The translations under genes were made by a program, and so were the position numbers. Below, piece after piece: positions 1 through 17,967 of a stretch of DNA of 64,000 nt. Under the pieces are notes generated by a model. It was not told where the DNA came from, ran no database searches, and was given only the letters and a program-made list of their open reading frames with translations. Positions within the stretch are counted from its first letter, which is position 1, and each line of letters opens with the position of its first letter. Source of the DNA: Octopus vulgaris (taxonomy: Eukaryota). The stretch spans positions 15,252,001-15,316,000 of the forward strand of contig OX597821.1 in the NCBI GenBank assembly GCA_951406725.2, read 5' to 3'.

Positions 1-161
1 GAGCATTTTTGAGTTCAACATAAATCATAATTGTTTGGTAGTATACATACACACAGAAAGAGATATATTTAAGAACTTACAAGAAATTGTAGAGGAATAA
101 CTGACCTGTCTTTCAGGCATTTAACATCTTTAAAATTGCCCTGTCATGCATATATTTACAT

Positions 162-1390
<1,229 letters not shown>

Positions 1391-2497
1391 TGTATGTATG
1401 TATTTATACATATAATTCATCGTGTATGTGTTTTTTATTGTTTATAACTTAGTAAGTAATATCAAATATTTACAAATTTACAAGCTGATATTAAAATCAA
1501 AATGCTGAATCCTATCATAATAAAAACGATTCTTCTCCATAGCATTTATAATTCCTCGAACTTAGTGCATAAAGCAAACAAGTTATTTCAAAACTAATAC
1601 AGTGTCATTATTTTTCTCATATTACTAAAAGAAATTTAATATTAGGGAAAGTAACAATAATTAAAAAGTAGCAGAAAGAAGAAATGAAAGAGTTTGCTGC
1701 TGAATTAAACGATGGAATATGTTGTTATTAAAAGAAATCTGATTTAAATAGTTTGAGGGTTGGAATTTAAGTTCTCAGTCCGGTTAGGCTCACATTAACA
1801 TGTTACATTTGCATAATTTTAATCATCAAATGTTTTTTAAACATTCTTCTTTACTGTTTGTTTTTAATGGTGGTGGATGCGGACGTAACAGAAGTACCTC
1901 CAGATGTTCCAAAATGAATATCTTATTTTATCATGCTATATCGCCAATCGATATTCTGTATCAAATTATATTTAATAGCTCTGCTTCGTCTAAAGTACTT
2001 TCCATCTGAACGCATTAAATTATTTATAAAGAATCTTGATAACTGGTTATCTGGTTTGTATATTGGAACCTGTTAATTTGTTACTACTGAAGAAATTGTT
2101 TGATTAATTAGAACTTCTGCTGGAACAGTTGACTGTTTAGGCATTAATTACATAACACTGAATATGAATAATTAAGTAGAGTCAAAAATATGATTGCATA
2201 ATATATGTAGATACACAAAACAAAAACAGACACATATTCACCGCCGCACTCGCAAATATATACATATGTACATTCACATGTACATCCGTATGCAAGCACA
2301 CATACATGCACAACATACAGTCGCTCCCATATAAGCAGGGAGAAAAGAAGGACAAAATGTAAAAACGTGCTAAGTTGAAAATCAAAATTCTAAGAGTGAA
2401 ACACCGAGAAATATGCATACACGTATGCGTGTCCTTGTGTGTCTATGTATGTATGTATGTATGTATGTAGGTATGTATGTATGTAGGTATGTATTCT

Positions 2498-2730
2498 AAG
2501 GCGGTAAGCTGGCAGAAACATTAGCACACTGGGCGAAATGCGTAGCCGTTTTTCGACTGCCGTTACGTTCTGAGTTCAAATTCCGCCGAGGTCGACTTTG
2601 CCTTTCATCCTTTCGGGGTCGATAATTTAAGTACCAGTTACGCACTGGGGTCGATGTGATCGACTTAATCCGTGTGTCTGTTCTTGTTTGTCCCCTCTGT
2701 GTTTAGCCCCTTGTGGGTAGTAAAGAAATA
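2498..2730 (+). mobile_element. tRNA-derived SINE family A, full length
   Basis: A/B-box head (agctggcagaa...gagttcaaattcc); core gactttgcctttcatcctttcggggtcgat; tail gtaaagaaata; several copies in the window. Confidence 0.9.
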
Positions 2731-4094
2731 GGTATGTATGTATCTATCTATCTATCTACCTAGCTATCTGGCTAGCTATGCACTTCTCTCACACTGTCTC
2801 TGTCTATTTCTCTGACTGTCTCTGTATATATACACATGTGTGTGTGCGTGCGTGTGCACTCACGTGTGTATAAACCGTAGCTGGTAAAATCATGAGCGCA
2901 CAGGATTAAAAGCTAAATAGCATTGTTTCTTCCAGCTCTATACATTCTGAGCTCAAAACCCGCAGAGGCTCATAAAATAAAGTACTCGTCAAGAGACCTT
3001 CCCATAATCAGAATTACTGACCTTGTGCCCAAATTAGAAGGAATATATGCATATATATGTATGCATGTGTGTGTGTTTGTTAGTGTGTGTGTGTGTGCGT
3101 GTGTTTGTGTATGAGCGTGCTTATTTGTGATAAATTAAGCAGAATTTATAAAACTTTTAACGAGTGTTTTCAAAACCTTACAGGCACACTGACTTCTCTT
3201 TCTTATATAATAAGCTGAACCATTGATTAATGATATAATAAATGCAAAATATATATTATATATCGTTGCTGAAGAGTTTAGTGCTTCCTTGAAACAATCT
3301 GTATATAACTTACTGTAATAGAGGTATGCTTCTTAAGCATTCCTTTTGTATCTCCTGTGGCCTATATCAGAACCTTAGACATAAATGTCATACTGATCAT
3401 ATGTTATCGCTATGTATTATAACAGACGCTGTGAGACCCATAATATTGCATATCCCTTATAAAAACCAAAGTATATTCATAAGTAGAATCACTGCCACAG
3501 CACACATGACTATCACCACTACATTCAAAATCTCGACTAGGATGGAATATGTATCTCACTAATACATCTACTTCTAAGAATATTACAGGCTTATGCACAT
3601 ATGTGGAAACACGTCATACGCTCAAACACACATGATCATGCATACACACACACACACACAGACACACACACATACATACACACACACGTATGAGTGCATA
3701 TCATTTAAACACTGGCACCACCACCCTATAATTTACAAAAAGAACCATAGGAAATAAATAAAAATCAGATTGTTTTCTGATTAAATTCAATGGCCGAAAG
3801 ATGTAAATCTTACCATTAACAGAAAACGTATGTAACTTAGCTCTAAAGATATTAGTTTTATATGCTCATAAAAACTAGTGTTTCTGTATAATAAAATATT
3901 TTCAAGTGAAATGTTATTTTAATAGCGATTGGCTTTTAGAAATCTATATTTTTTCAATAGTAGCCACAAATTGGCTATTATACTAACAGCCGAAAATCAA
4001 TTTTTCATAAAATAAATTCAATGTCATATGACAGTTTGTCACTACATTTCGTTAAATTATAAGAGAAAGACTGCTTTTGCCAGATAAAACAAGC

Positions 4095-4260
4095 ACAAAC
4101 ATGGTTTTGTGGTTAAAGACATTACTTCACAATTACATGGTTTCGGGTTCAGTCTTACAGCACGCTACCTTAGTCAATTGTCATCTATAACAGCCCCCAG
4201 TTAACCAAGCCATGTGAGCAAATTTGGTAGAACGAGACTGTGGAAACCACCGCCGTGTAT
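4095..4260 (+). mobile_element. SINE family B, decayed 5' half
   Basis: Similar to 30617-30780 (ggttcagtc, aatttggtag). Confidence 0.65.
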
Positions 4261-4690
4261 ACATACATGCGCGTGCGCACACATACATTATCCTCATAGT
4301 TACATTAGGCTATGTACGAACAAATTTGCATCAAAACTATAGGAATACAAGGTTTCACAAAGAAAGAGCAAAAGGAAACTGACACAGATTCTCCAAATCA
4401 AATCTATTAGGGGCACAATAAAGATTTGTAAGAAATTCCAAAAAATTCACCATCTCACATGCTTATATGAACAGATGAACACACTTCGGTGTATGCGCCG
4501 ACAGTTCAACCAACACATCAACTTCACCACATATTTACAAACACCAAGACCTATTTTCACTCAGTCTTGTTTTGATAGCGATGGGCTTGAACCCTCTCAA
4601 GGACTTAAATAAACTCAAAAACCATTCATACATGCATGTATACATACATAGAAATATATGAATGTATGTTTTTATGATTGTATGTAATGT

Positions 4691-4846
4691 TATTATTCAG
4701 TTTGTTTCAAGATTTCTCGCCAATAGGGAAAGAACCGGTTTCTAACCTAGATCCAAGGCTCCTTCATTGGAATTTCAACATCAACAACAGGGTATTTTTG
4801 TTTGTATGTATGTATTCTCGTGCATATATTTGCATATCTAGACATA

Positions 4847-4885
<39 letters not shown>

Positions 4886-5365
4886 GATGAACTTCTGGAT
4901 AGTTTAAAAGATTTTTACAGTTCCAGTGATCGATAGGATATGTTGTCTTCAAATTAGCTTTGACCTTACTGGTTTTGAGAAATCTAATTTCTCAAGATTG
5001 GTATTTAGGTAGTGTGTTACAAATCCCAGGCCCCACAATTATGGGTATAAACGTGAACTTGTAATCTGGAAAGAGTATCTTCAGATTTCTGAATAGTTCA
5101 GGATAAGTGTTCTCCTTTTCACTGATCTTCAGGTTTATGCTAACAACCGCTGGGCAGCTAATTTCCACAACTGTGCAGAGCTTTTCTTCTCTATCCAAAA
5201 CCATTACATCAGGTCTGTTGTGCTTACATTTTATTGAGGTCTTCACTGATACATTCTACCATTATTCCTTTTTATTATGAGTGGCTATGATATCTACTAT
5301 ATTGTGGGTTCGTATTTCTTTGTTCTCGGGATTATCCTGCCGACAGATTTCATTATAGAGCGTCC
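4691..5365 (-). mobile_element. R4/Dong-like non-LTR retrotransposon 3' fragment (restriction-like endonuclease + 3' UTR)
   Basis: ORF 4992-5246 KHNRPDVMVLD...VVEISCP...EKENTY...IPIIVG fits the PD-(D/E)xK REL domain; homologous copies at 49147 and 59050. Confidence 0.85.
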
Positions 5366-5369
5366 TTAT

Positions 5370-5560
5370 ATATTATAAGGAAAATAAGGCAAGGTATAAA
5401 ATACTACACTAATTTTATCAGGAAGAACATTTTAGTACCGGTTATAGTCTTTGCGACTTTTTCAACTTTTAGTAAAGCATGAACAGTAATTAAATTGTGG
5501 AAAAATTAAGTGAAATGTCTTTCTAGAATATTTCCATAGTTCTCAAATACGTGGGATATT
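5370..5560 (-). mobile_element. Probable inverted partial pLTR upstream of the Penelope ORF, with a heavily decayed hammerhead motif
   Basis: Minus strand ag TTGAAAA agtc-gcaaa-gact ATAA ccgg TA ct (about 5434-5467); an inverted upstream pLTR is typical of Penelope-like elements. Confidence 0.4.
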
Positions 5561-5713
5561 TTCCTATTTTCTGTCTCTTTGTCTCTCTCTTTCTTCTCTC
5601 TCTTTTACTTCTTTGAACACTCGGTAGGTTGTAACAGATCTAATTATTGTAGCATTTTCTACCTTGTCTTATCTTCCTTATACATATCAGCTCGATAGTT
5701 ACTTTTCAACCTC

Positions 5714-5781
<68 letters not shown>

Positions 5782-5790
<9 letters not shown>

Positions 5791-8250
5791 TATCATTGCT
5801 TCAGAAAACCAATGACTTAATAAAGAGAATGAGATGGAAGGCCATCTTTTATGATAACAAAAATACTTTAAAAGACCAATATAACAATACTTACGGTCTC
5901 GAATCTTATAGAAATCCACCACACAACCCATTATAAAATGAATTTGAAAATACAATATTAGAATTGGTTAAATCTATCAAATTCTCAAGGTTTGCTTCCA
6001 AATATCAAAAGAATTTAACAAAATTATTCAACCAAATTATTAATACACCAAATGTACATGTCTTTTTTGATAAAACTGGGAATTTATATTCCATTACCCC
6101 AATTCAATACCAATATTTTAATCATAACGAAGTATGTAAGTCATATAAATTATAAACATATCAACTTTAGAATTAATAAATAATGAACATTGTAAAATTA
6201 TGCATAAACTGGAAGTGGAAGGCCATCCAGAATTATATACTCCAAATACACCACACTTCAACTTAAAGGACCACAAATCTAATTTTAATATTAATCCAGC
6301 TATAAGACTAATTTGTCCAACAAAGGCAGATCTTGGCAGAATCACTAAAAATAAACTTGACGGAATTATACCTATACTGAAGAAAAAACTCAATTATAAC
6401 CTTTAGTTTAGCACAGTATAAGTTATAACTTGGTTCCATTTACTACCAAATAAGACCAACTCGTCCTTCTTACAATTTAACATTAATAGCTATTATGCAT
6501 CTATATTATCGATTATATTATATAAAGCTATAATTTTAGCTAGAAGTCTCTCTAATATTACACCACTTGAAATTGATATAATACTACTAGCTAGAAAAAT
6601 CACTAATCAAATTTAATGACAATCTATGGTGCCGTGCTGCAAATAATAATTTATTCCATATCACCATGGGATCTTCTGATTCCGCCCTAATTACAGACTT
6701 GGTAGGCTTATTTTTGTTACATAAGACCAGACAATATTTCCCTTCTCTCAAAGGAGGATTATATAGAGATCATACTCTTCTGGTATATAATGGCAGATCC
6801 AAAAGAAAAATAGGAAAAATGAAAGAACTCCATAAAGTTTATATAAATTTTGGTTTTTCTATTACCTTTGAAGAAAGCTATTGTAAAGCAAATTTCTTAG
6901 ATGTAACTCTGGACCTGAATACCTTTACTTATTCCCCTTCCCATAAACCTAATGAATACCTCAAATATATAACCATTCATTCTAACTATCATACATAATT
7001 TCTTAATTGCATTGTAAACAGTATATCCTTTAGAATCTCAGATCTATCCTATAATGAAGAAATATTCAATAATCACGCAAACTATTATAATCAAGCTATA
7101 GCTGCAAGTGGATTTAAACAAAATATTAAATATATAAAATATACAAAGCTTAAGATTTATATAGCACAAATGGAACTAAACCAAAGTACGCATAATACTA
7201 AACTAAGAAATACAATTAACCTTACCTCTAACAGTAATATTGAACCAATACAAAAAGGTGAAACCTCTGTAAAACATGACAAAAAAAACTAGAAAAGGTT
7301 ATGGTAGACATAGAACCAAAAACAGTAATAACAAGAAACACCTAGGAAATACTATGTAAATTCTAAATTCAGTATTAACTATAATAATGTACGTAGTAGG
7401 AGTGTAAAAAGGGAAATTATTTGGTACACACCCCCATTCTTATTAAATGTTAAAGGATTAGCAAAAAGAAAATCTAAACATAGTCAAATGATAGCTTTCC
7501 TAATAATCATAAGTATCACCATGTATTTAATACTTCAACAATTAAAATATCGTTTTTTACATTGCCGAAAATAGGATCAATTATTGCCAGCTATAATAGA
7601 CTAAAATTTAATAAATATAAAAATAGTTTAAGAAATAATAATTACAATAATACTAGTAATGTAATATACAATAGTGCTAGAACAGCAAATAATACTCAAC
7701 ATAATACTAGTTCAATAGATAACATTACGAGAATACATAGCAATACTATAACAGTAACAAAATCTTAGCAAAATTCCAATAATCATACATCTCAAAATAT
7801 GCAATATACTTTAGATAATCCAATACCACAATCTAATAACAATAATAACATACAAACAGCAAATATACCTAATTCTATTATAAATGATTCCACAAGAAAT
7901 TCAAATATAACACCACATACCATAACAAATAATCATAATAGTATTAAATATTATATCACAGATCAGAAACATACAACTAAATATTGCTCACGTAAAAATA
8001 AAAAAAAATCATGTCCTTTAGAAGGCAAATGTAGAAGGTTCAACGTATTATATAAGTGCACTGTTAGACAAACTGATAACACACACAGTATGGTATATAT
8101 AAGGAGCTCTATTAACTTTAAGCAAAGATTATTGCCACACATAATCCATTTAAACTGAATATAACGATTAACACTACTTTATTGGATACATATATACATA
8201 AACTAAAAAAAAACCTTAACTATAAATTATCCTGGTAACTATAAATTGAC
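5782..8250 (+). pseudogene. Decayed Penelope-like retroelement ORF (reverse transcriptase + C-terminal GIY-YIG endonuclease)
   Basis: Frameshifted pieces in order: LIKRMRWKA, KDHKSNF..IRLICPTK, MGSSDSALITDLVG, GLYRDH (YRDD motif), NFLDVTLDL, IIWYTPPF, CPLEGKC..VLYKCTV..YI..FKQR. Confidence 0.9.
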
Positions 8251-8977
8251 TCTGCTACACCATATATCAAATAAATATTCTCTCTATGGCCCGATAGTAT
8301 AAGTACCAGACCCAAAAGAAAGTAGCGGGGCCTATTTCTTCGACAATACTTTCAAGGCAGCGCTCTAGTACGACTGCAGTCCAATCATTCGAACATGTAA
8401 ACGATTCAAAGTTATAAGATACGTTGCCCTCAAAATCGGTTCTCATTTCTGAAAAGTAAACGTGATTTTATCATCTCTTCTGATTACTAAATAACGTTTT
8501 ATTTCTCACAACGCTAGCAAGTTTAAGTGGACGAATAAGCTGACACCATAGACTGCTATACGTATGTAGTACATTATGTTATCGACTTCGGTGGAATGAG
8601 AATCAGTGATGACCTTGGTAGAATTGGATCTCAGGACATAAACTCTCCTAACTATTAAATTACAATAGTCAAGTAGTCAACTAGAAATAACGTTTTCGGA
8701 TACACAGTCAATAAATTAACTAGAATCTCGTTGCTGGCAAAACGAACATCTGCCGAAGATTCCTTTAAACATAATAAATAATAAATACCAACATAATTAA
8801 ATTTCCTCAAATTTTCTTTTATATATACATATATGTTGACATATTAATGTGGAGAATATGGGCGTGTTTGATAACCTTCATGTTTTTCTTCTTTTCAAAA
8901 AGGTAGAGAAGTATATAAGCGTCCCAACAGATAGTTCGGCCTATTGCCAGACAAGGATACTTGATACGTTTTTTTTT

Positions 8978-9012
<35 letters not shown>

Positions 9013-9593
9013 CATGCATATTTATTTACATACATGTACAGTCATACACAAACACACATAGACACATCTAAATATACATATATACATACATGTATATATA
9101 TATATGTATACATGTAAGTATGTATATGTATACATGTATATATATATATATACATATATATATATAATGACAGAGTAGTAAAAGTAAAAATTCTTGACAG
9201 GTGTAATATAATAAGCATGTTAGAGGGGGGGGAGAATGAGAGAGATAAAGAGATACTAAAAAATCGATAGAAAAAGTAAGTAATATCGGAAGGTAGATAA
9301 GATTGCTATTGGGAGTGAGGGAATGAGAAGTAGACATCGGAAGAAAAATGCCGTTAAAATTGTGCGAAAGTGTTCATTATGTTTCTTATAAACACTTCCA
9401 CTGAAGAATCTTTCTCTGTTCTGGGAAAAACTTGGAAATATTTGAAAATATATGTCACAATTGTCTTAAATATCCCCATAAAGATTGCGAATAGATGGTA
9501 TTTGTGTCATTTAGTTTCTGTTGTATAATACGTAGCAAACATTCTCATAAGTTTACAGATTCACTTCATAAAATCTCTTAATGTAATTATATT

Positions 9594-9794
9594 TCACAAC
9601 TCTCCTAATATGTCGAAATATAACGTTCCTAATATGATTCAAGTATCGTAGTCGAGTGTAAATTATTTGTATATTTGTTTCGATTTCATTTTAAAATAAC
9701 AGAAATTAACTTCCCCCAAAAAATGAGTGCAAATTCATGCGATACTTGAATCATATTAGGAACGTTAAATTTCGACATATTAGGAGAGTTGTGA
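9594..9794. mobile_element. MITE-like element with 55-bp terminal inverted repeats
   Basis: 9594-9648 is the reverse complement of 9740-9794 with 1 mismatch. Confidence 0.8.
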
Positions 9795-10245
9795 CACCCA
9801 GTTCTTACTGACACTTAGTCTCTTATGTTTAAGACCGATCATTAATGTAACACGTGTAATATTGCATTGGATATTAATTTACAGCCCCAGTGTCGTGAAC
9901 ATTATTTACCGAATATATTCAGAGTATTTGTTTTGTTTCTTCACATGTTCACTGCGGTATCGTGTATTGGGTACAACTCCCTTTTAGCACTGGGTGTTAA
10001 AATACCTGAAAGTCATAGAGAGACGATGTATTTATCGTCATGGCATATCAGCAAATTGTTCTTACACTATTTGTATATAGTCATAGACTGGCGTTTATGT
10101 TCATTCCCGGTTTGATTTACGTCCCTGATGATCATAAATCACTAAAATGACAAAATATCGATATTCACCACGCCTGAATGGGACTGGTGGCGTCCTGATT
10201 TACAAATTGAATGAACCAGGTGCTCTGAGCCTCATCAATATTGAA

Positions 10246-10460
10246 CTCTTTTACTCTTATAATCTTTTACTAGTTTCGGTCATTTGACTGTGGCATTGCT
10301 CGAGCACCGCCTTTAGTCGAGCAAATCGACCCCAGGACTTATTCTTTGTAAGCCTAGTACATATTCTATCGGTCTCTTTTGCCAAACCGCTAATGTTACG
10401 GAGACGTAAGCACACCAGCATCGGTTTTGAAGCGATGTTGGGGGGTCAAACACAGACACA
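10246..10460 (-). mobile_element. SINE family B, 3' half
   Basis: Matches the tail of 46800-46998. Confidence 0.85.
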
Positions 10461-12077
10461 AAATTTCGGGCATCGTGCTTAGAGTAGAAAAGAACATTCA
10501 GAATCCTATGCTTCCTTATAAAACATGCTCTTGCACCTGAGACAAAAATCTTGATGATTTTAGCTCTAGGATTTGCTGTTCATATGAATGATCTGGTCAT
10601 GATGTAAATAATTCACATTCAGATTATTCATATGTTCAAATATTTCTTAAGGCATTGAATTGACAGTTTTGTTAGACCATTGGATAGAATGTTTCACCGT
10701 GTTTGTTTTCACGTATGTCATCTAAGTTTAAATTTCGGCTATGTCATGTCAGCGTCTTTCTGCGTCGATAATAAAGTCGTAAGCTCAATGAAGTGGATTC
10801 GCGTATTTTACAACCACGGAAAACTGCCAATCGTCTCTAAAATCTACTTGCCTACACATAAAGCGGTAAGCAATTAGTTAAACCTGGGATACTAAAGCTC
10901 AGACAAAAAAATGTTTCCTATTAAAGTTATCCTTGTTTTGGAAAAATCTTTCTCGTGTTCTTTCAGGAAATAAATAGACAATAAAGGAACGGATTCCAGG
11001 TTTGTGCGCCGATTGCATTTGAAGCCATTTTGCTTGCTTTGCGCAACCAAAGCACTTAGGAAACAACATGAATGAATTATATTCATTCACATATTGCATC
11101 TTTCTGGACAACATTTTACGAGAGATATTTCTAACATGGGAGAAATTAATGCACAGACAATCACCATGACCATTTTCGTAATCGAATATACAGTTTAATA
11201 TTTTTATTTTCCTATTAGCAAAACGTATAAACTACTGAGAGTTGCTTAGAGTATTCTACATCCTCTTTTCGCAGAAATCAGATTGGATAGAAATTTTACA
11301 ATAATAAAAAATATTTCATAATGCATTTACATCCCCAACCATGTCTCTCCTTTTATAATTCATTTATTCTGTAAATGGAAAAATAACCGATAGAAGCTAA
11401 GCTAAGTATCTCGGTCACTAAGGAGCCAATACGTGGAATTAATTTAAAAATCAATAATATATAAGACACTTCTTAGTTGATGGCGTCTCTGGACAACCGT
11501 TTTCTCTATAAATGTTAACATAACTAGAGGAAAAATTCTCTCTTAAGGATATTCTTTTTCGTTGTTGTTATTGTTGTTGTTATGATGAGATCGAATGCTA
11601 TTGTTAACATCAAAAATTTTAATGGGAGATCCTGCATAAAAATCATAAAGCGTTTGCTATTACAATATTTACTCGTGGCTCCTAACGAAAGAAAATCCGA
11701 CTACGAATACAAATAATCATTTAAATAAAATGGTGGACGGAAAATATGGAAAGGTAAACAAATAACAACAGTCTATTAAAATAAGAGTATTACACTCTCG
11801 AAATTAGAAAGCGATAAATTAAAACCGAATTATTTGTATTTTTTTTTTCATGTTTACATGGTTTCTTTACTTTATTACATTCATTTGGGTGTAATATATA
11901 CCATTTAATGTCACTGTTGTATTTGCATTGTCATGGTAACATCCAAATGAATGATGTTAGCCATAATTTGCAAATATTCATAAGAATATAACAATCATCT
12001 CGAGCAAATAATTGTAATTAGCACACGCATTTGTCGAAAATAATGGGTGTGTGGAGATTAGAAAAATGCAAACGCCC

Positions 12078-12109
<32 letters not shown>

Positions 12110-12230
12110 ATATATACAAAATTTAAAGGACTGATCTTATATATATATTATATATATACTAATTTATATATATATATGTTTATATATATGTATGTATTTA
12201 TCTGTATTTCTGCTGAGTATGTGTATGCGT

Positions 12231-12312
<82 letters not shown>

Positions 12313-14504
12313 TATTCTTAATATAGTGAATTAGCAGATTAGTTGTAGCGACGTTCAAGCTACTTTGTAGTATTTGTTCTGGCTCTTTATATTCTGAGTT
12401 CAAATGGAACCGAGTAAGCATCTTCTGTCGTTATTTTAGTATCTATATAAAGAAAGTAAGATGCCAAATTCATATTCTTATGAGAGAAATACGCACAAGA
12501 AGGAAGGGTGACGATGTCAGCACCTGACTACACGGGTATCAAAACCAAGCTTCGAGAAATTTTTCACATGGTTACTATGTCTTATTCGATTGTGAATGAC
12601 ATCTAAGTTAGTTGCTATAAAATTTCTTTTATATTTCATATACCACCAGACGTATATATGCAGTTGCATATAATAATCCAAAAGCAATTAAACAATCAAA
12701 CGTATTTAATAAAGGTTATGGTGCCGCATGCGCGAAGTACAAAAACAGCTTTCGAACCAATTTACTAATAAAAACAAGTTTTATATAGATTAGTATAAGT
12801 AGATTCATCTGAGAGTTCATAAACTGAAATTCTTGATTTTAGTGGTGTCTCATGAGGTAGTCTGATAATATGCCTAGGTTTAAATAGGAAGAATATAAAC
12901 ACATCATTTTAAAGGAAACTAGTTGAAAATGCGACATAGTAAAGTCACTAAACATACTTGTTAATCATACGTAATATTCTATATAATGTGAAAAGATAAT
13001 TGCGCTGGAGAAAGAAGAGATAATGTTCGTTCCCGTGGTAGAAATGTCTGTCGAAATATGCAGAGAATAAAAGTGAAAATGCATGCAAGCATGCAAATAG
13101 CTTGACATCTTCGTAATCTATGAGCAACATAAACTAAACTTACGTGACCGTATGTAAAGCTAGACAACAGCCAAGTATTAAATACTTGATAATACAGCAA
13201 AAGATCTGCAGCGTGTTATAGTTGCTATGCTACAACGATTGTGTCCTTAAGGCATTGTATCCAACACAAGAATTGTGCATTGAGATATGATGTAAGATGA
13301 ATAACTTCTAATAGGGAATGAAGCTTCATTTGTCGTAAAGTTGCTATACCAACATAAATATTATATTAATTATGGATGTGTAAGTAGTGAGCAATTTACT
13401 CAATTTACGTGATGGCATGTAGAGCTACGTTATACAATATACGAGTGCTCTGTATTAGAGCAACGTGGAAAACCAGTGACATAGAACAGGGCTAATGTTC
13501 ATTTTATAATATTAAGTTATATATGCTGGACTTCGACCATTACTTAACCCGGCTCATTCCTGTTACGTCTTTACAGACCCCGAAGAGGTAATATGAGAGA
13601 ATTTGCTGGTCTGATGAAGAACCTGGCTGAAGCGGCCAAACATTTTTCTAAGAAACATAGGAATTTTGCTTTCTATGATAAAACTGCTAATGATGTACAA
13701 TAGAACCTACCTGTTAAATTGTTACACTAGCAGAAAACAATTTTCAAAGGAATTAATTTGGTTATCGCTGCACTAACGAAATACATAATAACGGTATGTA
13801 CTTAATGGATCATAGCATCCGTAGCAAACAATTTTCAAAGGCGTGTACTAGCTTGTTATCGTTATGCAGATATTAGAACACGGATCTGGTAATTCTCTGT
13901 GACAAATGTATCCTCTAATCTTTATAGCTTCAATACAGCAATTTCATTGTAACATTTGAACAGGCGTGTGTCACACAAAGGTTATAGTTTTTCTACATCA
14001 CATTAGTAAAATCACGCATTATTACAAGCAAACAGATGTAATTGTGCAATGCTGCCAACATAGTTTCCCTCGTTTGCTGCAGCGACTTTACTACCGACGT
14101 TGTCACGATCGATGCCATTTTCGGCGTAGCTGTCATCTCGTCCACTTTCGAACCATACGATGGTTTTCTTTCGTACGGAACATTTGAAGATGGATGTCCT
14201 ATGGGTGGGTGTGTAATGACAGGAAACAGTCATTGATATTCTAGCAACATGCCAAAGATGGACATAGTGGCGCGCTGAGTGAAGTTTGTATCGAAATCTT
14301 GTCTAAACACACGAGAGACTTTAGATAGGTATGTTGTTTTCACAAATGTGACGATGCCAACTCTAAGTAGAATATATACATAGTAAATGATATAATCACA
14401 ACACCACTGTCACTACACACGCAACACATACATAATGTGGGTGCGTGTACGTCAATGTTGGGGGGGCCATCGGTCATGCATAGGTGGGTATATATAAAAA
14501 TGTA

Positions 14505-17860
<3,356 letters not shown>

Positions 17861-17870
17861 ATATGCACAT

Positions 17871-17903
<33 letters not shown>

Positions 17904-17967
17904 CATATACATACACATATATGTATATACAAGACCCTCCAGGATATACATACACATATATGTATAT

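Noticed and set aside
1898-2158. Minus-strand AG...GT bounded block resembling an exon
   Set aside because: Stops in all three frames; a non-coding exon cannot be supported from sequence alone
10120-10170. CTGATGA hammerhead-like motif (similar partial hits near 3270, 13610, 14960-15040 minus, 55550 and 58132)
   Set aside because: Missing GAAA/UH or unpaired stem I or II; compatible with chance or very old decay
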